Of a stretch of 64,000 bases of DNA, positions 20,831 through 31,397 are shown piece after piece. The first letter of the stretch is position 1. Every line of letters starts with the position of its first letter. The translations under genes were made by a program, and so were the position numbers. The notes beneath the pieces were generated by a model. It searched no databases. It had not been told where the DNA came from and worked only from the letters and a program-made list of their open reading frames with translations. This stretch comes from Methanobacteriota archaeon. Its GTDB lineage: Archaea > Halobacteriota > Bog-38 > Methanoflorentales > Methanoflorentaceae. Location of the stretch: NCBI GenBank assembly GCA_963720465.1, contig OY970393.1, positions 2,240,001 through 2,304,000 on the forward strand, in the 5' to 3' direction.

Positions 20831-21295
20831 ATGGAAATGGGTTCACAAGTGCCGGCATTCTGTCTTCCGGATAAGGCCGGAGAGCAGCGGTGTTTAAGCG
20901 ATTTCAAGGGTAAGTGGGTGGTCCTTTACTTCTACCCGAGAGACAACACCAGTGGCTGTACGAGAGAAGCTATGGATTTTAGCGAACAGCTACCGGATTT
21001 TGAGAAGCACAACGCAGCAATCATCGGAATAAGCCCTGATTCGCCTGCGAGTCATGAGAAATTCGCTGAAAAGCATCAACTTCGTGTAGTGCTTTTGAGT
21101 GACGAAAAGCATGAAGTGGCGGAAACGTATGACGTCTGGAAACTAAAACGCCTATACGGGAAAGAGTATCACGGCATTGAACGGAGCACCTTTCTCATAA
21201 ACCCAGAAGGGAAGCTGGCCCAGGCTTGGAGAAACGTGAAAGTGAGCGGCCACGCTGATGCTGTCAAACGAACCCTCGAAGCGTTCATACAATAA
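20831..21295 (+). CDS. bcp: Peroxiredoxin Bcp/PrxQ
   Basis: VLYFYPRDNTSGCTREA, GISPD and RSTFLI motifs. Confidence 0.93.
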   Translation: MEMGSQVPAFCLPDKAGEQRCLSDFKGKWVVLYFYPRDNTSGCTREAMDFSEQLPDFEKHNAAIIGISPDSPASHEKFAEKHQLRVVLLSDEKHEVAETYDVWKLKRLYGKEYHGIERSTFLINPEGKLAQAWRNVKVSGHADAVKRTLEAFIQ

Positions 21296-21433
21296 AAACG
21301 GCCTCAACGAGTCAGATCTGAATCTGGTAGTCGTCGCGAAGAAGCGAGGGCAGCCCTACAAACCCGATTGCAGTAGATTACGCAGAATTTACGAGTACCG
21401 CCGCCGATCCGCTCAAAGTAGGTCACAAAGAGG

Positions 21434-21742
21434 TTACCATTCCGGTTCGCCCTCTGTGCCAAATAAGCCGGAATAGAACAAGCCGTTGAAGCGATAGTCC
21501 TTGAGGTTGTCTGTAATCTCGTGCGATTCGTTGTTTTTGCTGCCCACTAACCTGCCATCTTCAAACCATCTGAGAGTGTCATAGCGGGAAAGCGCCAGAA
21601 TGACCTTCTGCTCAATGCGCTCTTCATCGGACCCTTCAGAACTCGCCGCTTTCACGTCGTCGATCGCCCATTTCGAAACGTCAGGTTTCAGCCACTGGAG
21701 GAATTCTCCCACTAGCCACGGGTACACGATAAGCGAGCGCAT
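21434..21742 (-). CDS. Hypothetical protein downstream of the methyltransferase (possibly a truncated restriction partner)
   Basis: 102 aa ORF starting 15 bp after the MTase stop; no recognisable motif. Confidence 0.4.
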   Translation of the reverse strand: MRSLIVYPWLVGEFLQWLKPDVSKWAIDDVKAASSEGSDEERIEQKVILALSRYDTLRWFEDGRLVGSKNNESHEITDNLKDYRFNGLFYSGLFGTEGEPEW

Positions 21743-21757
21743 GCTACTCTCTGCCTT

Positions 21758-23098
21758 TTAGGTGGACTCATCATCCTTCTTGAAGATTAAAACCTTTTCC
21801 TTTTGCATTATGTTGTACAGGCCAAAGATGGTCTTGTCGATGCTTCTTGTGAGTCGCAGTCCAATTCCGCTTGCGTGTTCCGTAATGAGCTCGGCAGATT
21901 GTAGTGACGTGCCGCCAAAGACGGCATTCCCAATAACGATCAGAGCGTATTTGTTTGGCTTCAATACGCGCATCATCTCGTCTAAACAGCCCTTTATGTC
22001 CTCATCGTAAAGGCGTACCCGGTCTTTCATCCGACCCCGCAACCCAATGAACTGTTCCCGGATCTCACTCGTATCAAATCCAAGGGCCTCAAGCGCGTGC
22101 GCATCGTTCTTGATATAATCGAGTGCAATCGAGTACGGAGGAGACGTGATTATACCATCGATGCTGTTATCCCGCACAGGCAGTGCGCGCGCGTCGCCGC
22201 GTTCAATAGTTGCACATCCCAGCGTTAGGCCGAGGTCCTTTCGGATCTGATCGTAGTCGGCAACCGACTGGACCATTAGTTTGGTTTTTGAGGCAAGTGC
22301 CGCAGCAGCGTCTTTTCTTCGTCGCACGCTATCGCTTAACGCTACCAGTTGGGCCAAGCGAAAGAAGTCCCCGACCCGTTGGTCTGTATCCACGGACATT
22401 GTCGACGTTGCTTCGTGCAGCGACGTGTTTGCCGCGTTTACTTTCGAAAGCTCCGCGCAGCGTTCTCGTATCTTGTCGATGACCTCGTGCGAGACGGTCT
22501 TGACCCTGCTCTGCAGAACGCACAGAGGCGAGGCATCGAACCCGACGCAGTTAACGCCCAATAATTGGGCCTCGAGCGCCGTCGTGCCGCTTCCGACAAA
22601 GGGATCCAAGACGGTGTCTCCCGGTCCCAGTCCGATTATGTTGAGCGCCGCTCGGACCAATTGCGGGTGGAATTTGCCTTTGTAGGGATATATCCAGTGT
22701 GTGAGATACTGGTTGACCGAACGCGTGCGATTTTTTCGCGAAATGTAAACGTAATCGGTGTCCTCCCCTCTGACCGTTTGAAAATATGCGAGCTGCCTCT
22801 TGAGTCGTTCATTATCGTCGACATCGAGCAGCCTGAAGCTCGAACACCCGTCGGTCATCTCGAAAACGGCTCCCAGAGACCGGAGTTCGAGGCCCGCTAG
22901 GATGAGTTCGTAAATGAACTGAACGTTGTCAAATAGGCGCGCCTGGTCGTGTAACGGGCTTTCTTCTTGTTTTTTCAAAGGTGCGTTGTTTGCAAGGCGT
23001 GACTTGTCGTTCACGTTATTTTCTGCCTCATAACCGTTTTTTAAATGCAAAGATAAAGTGTAGGTGACTTTATCGCTGAGCCGTACAGAGGATCCCAC
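21758..23098 (-). CDS. Amino-DNA methyltransferase (N4-C type, SPPY); true start likely downstream of the ORF start
   Basis: YPYKGKFHP; DPFVGSGTT (motif I) precedes ITSPPY (motif IV). Confidence 0.88.
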   Translation of the reverse strand: MGSSVRLSDKVTYTLSLHLKNGYEAENNVNDKSRLANNAPLKKQEESPLHDQARLFDNVQFIYELILAGLELRSLGAVFEMTDGCSSFRLLDVDDNERLKRQLAYFQTVRGEDTDYVYISRKNRTRSVNQYLTHWIYPYKGKFHPQLVRAALNIIGLGPGDTVLDPFVGSGTTALEAQLLGVNCVGFDASPLCVLQSRVKTVSHEVIDKIRERCAELSKVNAANTSLHEATSTMSVDTDQRVGDFFRLAQLVALSDSVRRRKDAAAALASKTKLMVQSVADYDQIRKDLGLTLGCATIERGDARALPVRDNSIDGIITSPPYSIALDYIKNDAHALEALGFDTSEIREQFIGLRGRMKDRVRLYDEDIKGCLDEMMRVLKPNKYALIVIGNAVFGGTSLQSAELITEHASGIGLRLTRSIDKTIFGLYNIMQKEKVLIFKKDDEST

Positions 23099-23496
23099 CG
23101 AGTCTTGCTCATTAGGCCCCGGTGGACCTTACAAAACTCAAACAGGTTTTGAACGACCTTCGATTTAAAATTAATGCGCGAACGCCTTTCAGGCAGCGTG
23201 CTTTGCTATTCCTAAAAAAACACCTAACCGCAGTGTTAAAAAAAGCAAAAAAGGAAGCCAGGTTATCCCTGGCTTAAATCGAATTCGATTTTAGCTTTTG
23301 CGACTGCCCTGATTAATGACTGACCTTATCAGGTCGCTCGTAAATCGATGACCGGTTACGGATCACTGCAATAAGGGCACTCGCCTTTTTCTCTAATGCT
23401 CCCAGTTTTTGTAGCAGCGCCTACAGCTGAGATCAACTGTAGGCACTCGCCGTCGTTCTACAGTTGAACTGTATCACGACGTGCTGTCATTGCTAT

Positions 23497-24081
23497 TTAG
23501 TTACTGTCCGCGATTGCGGTGCCATTATCCCAAGCCACGGCAGGGCTAATGTTGACACTCTTGATGACGACGTTGCTGTTGATAGCGACGTTGCTCTGGT
23601 CGTTGTCGCTTACGGTGTTATTGTTGCCAGTGACTGTTATGGTGTTTGTCTGGGTGATCTTTTGCGTGGTTGCAGTTGCTTGGCTGTTTCCACTCGCGCT
23701 CGCGGCCGCGGCTCCCTTAGTAGCGACTGCGGCTGGCGTAACGACTGCTGGGGCGACGACTCCAACGACTCCCGGCGTAACGGCTGCTGGCTTTGCCGCG
23801 TAGTAGACTGGCTTGTAGACTGGCTTAAAGACTGGCATTGCCGAGACGGTCTTTACTTCACAGCACTGAGTGACTACGCAGCACGCGACTGTTGGACAGC
23901 AGCATGTCGTGGGGCACGCACAGCTGCAGCACGTTGATGTCACGCAGCTCGTGCACTGAGCACATACCGTCGCTGCACTAGTGCTTGTCGTGGCCTTGGC
24001 GGCGCACTGGGCTGAAACTGTGCCCGTCGCTGCAAGTGCCACAAAAGCGAGCACTAATAGAGACACGATAACTTTTTTCAT
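23497..24081 (-). CDS. Secreted Cys-rich protein with a low-complexity N/S/T/V-rich C-terminus
   Basis: Signal peptide MKKVIVSLL...VSA; Cys cluster; GGAG RBS and TATA-like sequence upstream. Confidence 0.75.
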   Translation of the reverse strand: MKKVIVSLLVLAFVALAATGTVSAQCAAKATTSTSAATVCAQCTSCVTSTCCSCACPTTCCCPTVACCVVTQCCEVKTVSAMPVFKPVYKPVYYAAKPAAVTPGVVGVVAPAVVTPAAVATKGAAAASASGNSQATATTQKITQTNTITVTGNNNTVSDNDQSNVAINSNVVIKSVNISPAVAWDNGTAIADSN

Positions 24082-24496
24082 GATTCATCTCCTTTTGTTT
24101 AACACAGAGGGCTTATGCCCAACTTCTATGTCGTAACTCCTCTTTTTTCTAAGATATAAAAAGGTTTTGATATTGTTGGATGGTAAATTGCACTTAAATG
24201 GCCATATTGAGCGCTCATGTAAGTCTTTTTCAGTTACGCTTCGCGGCGTAGGAAATGCTCAACGTTTCGGCTGATTGCGTCAGCCCGCGGCTCATCTTGG
24301 GAAGAGCCAGAGAAAAAAAAGTCCGCGCGCTGTACAGCAGCAAGCGCCGTCCTTTTCGCTTCAGCTATGGCTCGTTGAAGGCTTAAGAAACAAAAAGCCT
24401 GGAGATGAGCTCCCGGCTCTAAAAGCTGTTTGAAAAAAGCTAGTTCATTTGGCTAAACGCGATCACGCGAGATCGATAAGAGTTAGGCGTGTGGCG

Positions 24497-24901
24497 TTAT
24501 GCAAGCCGGCACGTAGGACACGTTACCGCGTGTTGGACAGGCGCGAACGCACTGTGCCTGCAGGCCATTGTCGGATAATTCGCGCACTTCATCGTTGTCG
24601 GATAATTCGCGCACTTCATCGTTGTCGTAGGACACGCTGAAGTCTTTTGACAGCTCGTACACTGAGCGCACGTTGTCGTAGGACACGCTGAAGTCTTTTG
24701 ACAGCTCGTACACTGAGCGCACGTTGTCGTAGGACACGCTGAAGTCTTTTGACAGCTCGTACACTGAGCGCACGTTGTCGCAGCGCATGCGCTTGTACTA
24801 GTCGTGGTTGCGGGCTTAGCCGCGCACTGGGCTGAAACTGTGCCTGTTGCTGCGAGCGCCACAAAAACGAGCGCTAGTAGAGATACAATTACTTTCTTCA
24901 T
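24497..24901 (-). CDS. Secreted Cys-rich tandem-repeat protein, paralogue of 23497-24081
   Basis: Same signal peptide; (TTCAQCTSCQKTSACPT)x3 and (TMKCANYPT)x2. Confidence 0.75.
   Translation of the reverse strand: MKKVIVSLLALVFVALAATGTVSAQCAAKPATTTSTSACAATTCAQCTSCQKTSACPTTTCAQCTSCQKTSACPTTTCAQCTSCQKTSACPTTTMKCANYPTTMKCANYPTMACRHSAFAPVQHAVTCPTCRLA
24568..24780. repeat. Coding tandem repeats: 27 bp x2 (24568-24621) and 51 bp x3 (24621-24773)
   Basis: Exact repeats ttgtcggataattcgcgcacttcatcg and gttgtcgtaggacacgctgaagtcttttgacagctcgtacactgagcgcac. Confidence 0.95.
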
Positions 24902-25223
24902 TCTAGTTCTCCTGTTTTACTGATTGAGGGCTTCGATGCCCTTGCGTCTGTCGCTCTTTTTCCAATGATATAAATATATTCTGCATAGAATATTATTTCT
25001 GAGTAAACCTTTCGAGCTTATGAGGCCCTTAAGAGCAAATTAGCGTTTGAGTGCTTTCTTATGCATGCGTCCTCCGTTAGCAGTTTTAATGTGCTCCTCC
25101 TCGTGGGGTCGTGAGCCTGTGTCAGCGTCTAGGGCGAAATGGACGGCTCGCGTTTTTCCTGTGGGACAAGGGCTGCTCACCGTTGCGCAAGGTATATATC
25201 CGCGCGATTTGAGATCGAATGAC

Positions 25224-25919
25224 ATGCAATCTAATCCAGCTAGTGCCTCAACAAGCGCAACAGCAAATACACAAGCCGCGAGAGGAATTCCGCTGATCGG
25301 GGACAGATTCCCGCAGATGGAAGTTCAAACGACGCACGGCAAGATGACGCTGCCGGATGTTTTTAGCGGCAAGTGGTTCGTGCTTTTTAGTCACCCTGCA
25401 GATTTTACGCCGGTGTGCACGACTGAGTTTGTGGCCTTTGCTAAACGATATGACGAATTCCAAAAGCTTGACTGTGAGCTCATCGGACTGTCCGTTGATC
25501 AAATAATAGCGCACATGAAGTGGACCGAGTGGATCCAGCAGAACCTGGACGTCGAAATTCCGTTCCCGATTATTGCGGACACCGGCAAAGTAGCCTCGAT
25601 GCTGGGGATGATTCACCCTAACAAGGCGTCGAATACCGTGCGCGCAGTGTTCATTGTCGATCCGAAAAGCACCGTTCGGTTGATTATCTATTATCCGCAG
25701 GAAGTCGGCAGAAATATGGACGAAATTCTTCGAGCCGTGAAAGCTCTCCAAACCGCTGACAAATACGGCGTCGCCATGCCCGCTGGGTGGCCGCAAAACG
25801 AGCTTATCGGGAAGAAGGTACTCATACCACCGCCGGCCGATGAAAAGACGGCAAAAGAACGCGCTAAAATGTATGAAAACTACGACTGGTGGTTCTGCTA
25901 CAAAGAGCTCGAAGAGTGA
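25224..25919 (+). CDS. Peroxiredoxin (archaeal Prx6/TDXH type)
   Basis: [24 protein letters not shown] and DWWFCYK motifs; ATG at 25224. Confidence 0.93.
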   Translation: MQSNPASASTSATANTQAARGIPLIGDRFPQMEVQTTHGKMTLPDVFSGKWFVLFSHPADFTPVCTTEFVAFAKRYDEFQKLDCELIGLSVDQIIAHMKWTEWIQQNLDVEIPFPIIADTGKVASMLGMIHPNKASNTVRAVFIVDPKSTVRLIIYYPQEVGRNMDEILRAVKALQTADKYGVAMPAGWPQNELIGKKVLIPPPADEKTAKERAKMYENYDWWFCYKELEE

Positions 25920-25989
25920 TGTCCTACGGCTCAGGCAGTATTCATCCGCGAAGCCCTGAGAAAGCAGGACATGATAAGCCGCGTGTATA

Positions 25990-26355
25990 ATGGAGGATGC
26001 GTTGACCGATACAGATCTGCCGCGTGAAAATGTGCAGGCGGGTTTGTTCTACGTGTCGCCAGAGGAGCTCGCTCGAAGACTGCATTCAGACCGGGCGCCG
26101 CTGGTGCTCGACGTGCGAGACCCTCCCGAATTAGGGGGGGAGTTGGGGCAGCTGTCTGGCGCCCTGAATATCCCGCTCGGGCAGCTTAAACAACGGGTAG
26201 GCGAACTCTCGACTCACAAAAGCCGGGACATCGTTGTTGTGTGCCGCACGGGAAGACGCTCAGAGGCCGCCGCTCGACTTCTTCAGGATATGGGATTTGA
26301 GCGGGTCTCCGTCTTGAAGGGTGGCATGACGGCGTGGCGGGACGCGCACCGATGA
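25990..26355 (+). CDS. Rhodanese-domain protein
   Basis: LDVR, GALNIP, CRTGRRS and LKGGMTAW motifs. Confidence 0.9.
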   Translation: MEDALTDTDLPRENVQAGLFYVSPEELARRLHSDRAPLVLDVRDPPELGGELGQLSGALNIPLGQLKQRVGELSTHKSRDIVVVCRTGRRSEAAARLLQDMGFERVSVLKGGMTAWRDAHR

Positions 26356-26536
26356 ACAGCGCCTGACGGTTCCATTGCCGGCGCCCTCCAAGCGTGCACC
26401 TCCCAGCGGGGCCAAAAACACCGCACGAAGATCGCTCGTTTGGGCGCCTCTTTTTGTTTGTGACAACACCCATCAAGAAAGGGCGCTGCCCCCGTCGTTT
26501 AGGGAGGGTGAGCAAACGACTGGCGCAGTTGCGACG

Positions 26537-27905
26537 CTAGCCTCTTTCGAGCGGATATCTTCGGCTTTTCCAAGCCCTGATCGCGCCGAGAACGTTGTAG
26601 ACGCTTGCGTACCCGTGGTGTGCTAGAATGCTCGCAGCGAGACTGGCACGCCCTCCCCAGGAACAGTGTACGGCGAGGGGCGTATCCCGTGGCACACGTG
26701 CAACTTGCTGTTTGAGGTATCCTACGAAGAGGTGCTGTGCCCCTTTGATGTGACCATCCCTCCACTCGTGATCGTCGCGGACGTCGAGCACGATGACAGC
26801 CGCGCGGTCCACGGCATTTTTCAGCTGCTCAACCGAACACGTCTTGAGCCGCGCGATTGGCTTTCCGCGGTTCCGCCAGTCGGGCATTCCGTTACAGAGA
26901 TAGGTAGCGACGTTGTCAAAGCCAAGCCGATTCAGATACGTCTGAGCCACCTTGGCGTCCCCCGGTCTTTCGGTAACGAGCGCAACGGACTCGTCAGCAT
27001 CTAACACCCATCCGGGATAGATGCTGACACCATCCAGCCATATGCTGAGTGACCCAGGAATGTGCGATCCGGCAAATGCCCCTGGCTCTCGCGTGTCGAT
27101 AGTGGTTGTCGCGTTAGCCTCAATAATTCTCTCGAACTCGTCAGGGTCTGCCTCACGGAGCGTCCGAGGCATCGGAGGTGGGCCTTGAACATTAAGCTCC
27201 TGTGTTCTGCTGAAGTAAGGCGGCAGCGAGAGCTCCTGCTGGGTCAGGTAGCGCACGAAACCGTCTTCGTCCAGCTGAAGCAGCGGATTCGATTGGCGTT
27301 CGTAGCCCACGGTGCTGTACCGATCTGGTACTCATGTGGTTTCCGCAGACGCTTCCCGCGCCGTGGGCCGGATACACGAGAGCGTGATCACCAAGCGGCA
27401 AGAGTTTTTCAAAGATGCTGCTATGGAGCTTCTTTGACTGTGCGTGGGCTAACTCAGTTCCGAGGAGATCAATCCGCCCGACATCGCCCGCGAAGAGCGC
27501 GTCTCCCGTAAACACAATGAGCGGCACGCGGCTATCAAGCCGCTCGTAGACGACAAAGCAAAGGCTGTCGTTGGTGTGTCCGGGCGTGCTGAGGACTTCA
27601 ACCTTCAGGTCGCCGACACGGAACGTTTCGCCTTGGGCAAGGTTATGGTCTCCGTATCGAAAATGGGTTTCCTTGCTGTGGCCGATTTCTGCGTCGGTCC
27701 GCCGTTGAAGGTCGAGAGAACCGGCGACAAAATCCTCGTTGCAGTGCGTCTCGAAGATGTACTTAATTTCGGTGCACTCACGTACTGCCAGTTCGGCATA
27801 GATCGCGCAGTCTCGACGAGGATCTACGACCATCGCCTCGTTGTGGTCAGACAGGAAGTAGCTTTTGTGTGCCAGCCCCTCGGCCGTTACAGTCTCCAGC
27901 AGCAT
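26537..27905 (-). pseudogene. MBL-fold persulfide dioxygenase-like hydrolase with two rhodanese domains, frameshifted near 27320
   Basis: ETHCNEDF, TPGHT, FTGD and PAHGAGS in ORF 27192-27905; remainder in ORF 26537-27310 in another frame. Confidence 0.82.
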
Positions 27906-28199
27906 TCGTACCTACTTGGGCCTTCGCGTTTATCACATTTTCTCGCCACAGTGAGAAACTCTGCATGCCACACCCCCCCATCGTGCTCGTCCGATAGCCT
28001 TGTAAATGGCAATCCGGACCTAACGCGGTACTATCGGGCACCGCAGGCCATCTGTGCGAATCGCGGAGCCAAGTGGCGAGGCAGGCTACGACAAGGATGC
28101 TGTAGATCGTCGTCCAGAGCGCTTATCTTCGTAACAAGCTAACCCCTCATGTTGTGAGTCAGCGTCGTGTGGCGAAGAAGCCGTGAAACTGCTGTGCAG

Positions 28200-28653
28200 C
28201 GTCATTCAGGAGCTCATTTATGGTGAGGATTCGATGAGATGAAACCCGCGTTCGGTTAGCAATCCGGCCGCTTTCTTTAGGTCGCTTGCTTGGAGAATCA
28301 AGATCGCCTTATTCGGCGTTGCGCTCGTGTAAGCGTAGGCGTAATCGATGTTTATGGCGTTGTCGGAGAGCGCACGGCTGATCTCGAACAAGGCCCCAGG
28401 CGTGTCGTGTATTTCAAGGCCGACACCTTTGTTTCAGAGACGGAAAAACCGCCCTTCTTAGGTGGCGCAGAGACGCGTCTGCATCATCAACGACGAACCG
28501 AATGATGCCGAATTCGCCGCTATCAGCGATCGTAAAGGCGCGTACGTTTATGCCGTTTTCAGAGAGTATTTTCGTCGCGCTTGCAAGCCGGCCAGGTTTA
28601 TTCTCGGCAAAAAGCGTGATCTGCTTCAACAGTTTGTTTGTGACCATTCGCAT
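28200..28653 (-). pseudogene. ACT-domain protein (paaK-associated), frameshifted
   Basis: ENKPGRLA...NVRAFTIAD; second ACT repeat (DTPG...INIDYAY) out of frame. Confidence 0.75.
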
Positions 28654-28668
28654 TACGACCTCGTTAGC

Positions 28669-29967
28669 CTAAATATGTCGCAGGTCGATGACCTTCTGCG
28701 ACTTTCCCGATGACCGAGGCAGGGTGCCTCGTTCCACGAGTTCCACCTTTGCGTTAACCATGAGCACATCGCGGAGCTGCTTCGCGACCCGTTCTTCCAG
28801 CTGCATCAACGCGCCGACTCGGTCGCTCAGCGTGCTCTCCGTTACTTCAATCTTAACCGCCATGACGTCCATGGGGCCGGCTCGGTCGACCACGATCTGG
28901 AAGTGGTCACCGACTTCCGGAATTTGCATGAGCACCGATTCGATCTGGCTCGGAAACACGTTCACGCCTCTGACCACGATCATATCGTCAACGCGCCCTT
29001 GAATGCGCATGATTCTCGGATGGGTCCGACCACACTCGCACTCTTCCCACACCAGCGAGGTGATACCACCCATCTCGACCGGATGAGCGGCAGGGCTTCC
29101 TTTGACAGCGTCGTGACAACGAGTTCGCCTTTTTCGCCCTCTTCGACGGGGCTGCCATAATCGTCGACGATCTCGATCAAGAAGTGATCCGCCCACGCGT
29201 GGATGCCATTCTGAGCGGAACATTCGGTAAAGAGCGGACCGCTCATCTCAGACGTGCCGTAGATGTCATAGGCCTTGATCCCAAGGTTCTGCTCGATGCG
29301 TGTGCGCGATTCTAGCGACCAGGGCTCGGCTCCAAGGATGCCCGCTCGCAGTCGCGTCTGCGATGCTATGTCGATGTTCATTGACTCGGCGACTTCACCG
29401 ATGTGGAGCAGATACGAGGGCGTGCACGCGATCGCCGTCGTTCCCAGGTCTTTCATGAGGCTTATCTGTCACGTCGTGGTGCCAGCGCCTACAGGGAGGA
29501 CGGCTGCGCCAATCTGCTCGACGCCGTAATGAAGGCCAAGCCCTCCCGTAAACAATCCATAGGCGTAGGCGACTTGGACGACGTCACCGCGCCCGAGCCC
29601 GCACGCGGTCAGCGAGCGCGCCAAGCAGGTCGTCCAAACGTCAATGTCGTTGGCGCTGTAGCCGACAACGGTCGGGACGCCTGTCGTACCGCTTGAAACG
29701 TGAAATCGCACGATCTGGCTCTGTGGCACTGAGAACATGCCGGTCGGATAGGTGTCCCGCAGATCGGTCTTGTGCGTGAACGGCAGCTGCTGGATATCCT
29801 CGAGTGATCGTATGTCGTGCGGAGAAACGCCGGCTGCCGCAAAACGCTTCTTGTAGAAACTGGAGTATTCGTACGCGTTTTCGACTAACCGTCTAAGCTT
29901 GCGTTCTTGCAGCTGTTTGAGCTCTTCCGCGGACAATCGTTCGACTTTCGGGTTCCAGTACCTCCAT
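28669..29967 (-). pseudogene. paaK: Phenylacetate-CoA ligase, disrupted
   Basis: SSGTTG, YGLFTGGLG, YGTSE and GRVDDM..RGVNVFPSQIE motifs; in-frame TGA at 29469 plus frameshifts near 29080 and 29960. Confidence 0.9.
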
Positions 29968-30402
29968 GGCGATATCAGCCTCTCTCAATCTGGCACGTAC
30001 TCAATGCCATTTTAGTACTTTAACGTTATGAGTCGCAGCATGCAGTCTAACAGCCCGTCAGGGGCGTTAGGGCGCTCCAAAAGTGCATCAAGGAATGTTG
30101 AACAGCTCGGGCAGCGGCTCTGGCAGTGACCAAGGATGGTGAAGTATTGTGCGTTCGCCGCACAGCGATCTAAGCTTGGCGCGGCTCAGTTTCTCGGTCT
30201 TGTGGTTTCCTGAGAGCGGCGTGTAATCAGTTAGGTCTTGCCATGGATGCCCTCTGTCTCGAGTGAGCGCGCGAAGAATGCTGACCACGTTATACTACCG
30301 AGTAATATATCAACAAGTTATATATAGAAACTGAAACTACTAAATAATACACACAAATGTGCTGAGTGCGCTTAAACCCACTCACGTGCTTTTTATGCCC
30401 TC

Positions 30403-31395
30403 GTGATCAAAATGAAAGCCATCGAAACAAAAGATCTCGTAAAGCGGTTTGAAGACGTTGAAGCCGTGAAAGGAATCAATTTGGAAATTGAAGAAGGGGA
30501 GCTTTTCGGGCTGCTCGGACCCAACGGAGCCGGCAAGACGACGACCATCTCCATGCTGTGCACCATTACGAAGCCCACGAGCGGCTCAGCGAGCGTCTTC
30601 GGGCACGACGTGAAAAAAGAATCCAGCACCGTGCGCGGAATGATAGGCATCGTGTTTCAGGACCCCAGTCTCGACGATAACCTCACCGGGAAGGAAAACC
30701 TCGACTTCCACGGCCGGCTCTACAAGGTGCCCAGAAATGAAATTTCCGGGAGAATCCGCGACGTTCTCGAGCTCGTTGAACTCGCCGATAAGGCGAACGT
30801 GATCGTTAAGAAGTATTCTGGTGGTATGAAGCGGCGGTTGGAGATCGCGCGCGGCCTGCTTCACCACCCTAAGGTGCTCTTTCTCGATGAGCCCACGCTC
30901 GGGCTTGACCCGCAGACCCGGCTTCATATCTGGGAGTACATAGAGAAGCTCAATAGAGAAAAGAAGATCACGATGATCCTAACCACGCACTACATGGACG
31001 AAGCCGATAAGTTGTGCGACCGCATCGCCATTATCGACCACGGGAAGATCGTTGCGATGGACACTCCCGAGAACCTTAAACACGACGTTGGCGGCGACGT
31101 CGTGACCATGACGGTGCCACACGGGAGTGAGCAGCTCAAGACTAAACTCGAACAGCTCGAATTCGTGAAGTCGAGCCAACTCGTTGACGGCACATTGAGG
31201 CTCAGCGTCGACAAAGGCGACACCGCGATACCGATTTTCATGGACGTGGCGCGTCAAGAGGGGATCCCCGTGCCCTCGATTTCGCTTCACGAGCCCACGC
31301 TGGAGGACATCTTCATCAAGTACACGGGACGGGAGATTCGGGCTCAGGAGGCCGCGAGCGGGTTCGCTGCGTTCCACGGCCCGGGGAGACGCTAG
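30403..31395 (+). CDS. ABC-2 exporter ATP-binding subunit (DrrA-like)
   Basis: GPNGAGKT, YSGGMKRR, LFLDEPT and TTHYMDEA motifs. Confidence 0.95.
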   Translation: MIKMKAIETKDLVKRFEDVEAVKGINLEIEEGELFGLLGPNGAGKTTTISMLCTITKPTSGSASVFGHDVKKESSTVRGMIGIVFQDPSLDDNLTGKENLDFHGRLYKVPRNEISGRIRDVLELVELADKANVIVKKYSGGMKRRLEIARGLLHHPKVLFLDEPTLGLDPQTRLHIWEYIEKLNREKKITMILTTHYMDEADKLCDRIAIIDHGKIVAMDTPENLKHDVGGDVVTMTVPHGSEQLKTKLEQLEFVKSSQLVDGTLRLSVDKGDTAIPIFMDVARQEGIPVPSISLHEPTLEDIFIKYTGREIRAQEAASGFAAFHGPGRR

Positions 31396-31397
31396 CG

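Noticed and set aside
24568-24780. Regular repeats as a possible CRISPR array
   Set aside because: Units are contiguous with no unique spacers, lengths are multiples of 3 within a signal-peptide ORF, and no cas genes are present.
29466-29474. In-frame TGA in paaK as selenocysteine or readthrough
   Set aside because: The position corresponds to Arg rather than Cys, and the gene has additional frameshifts; a simple nonsense mutation fits better.
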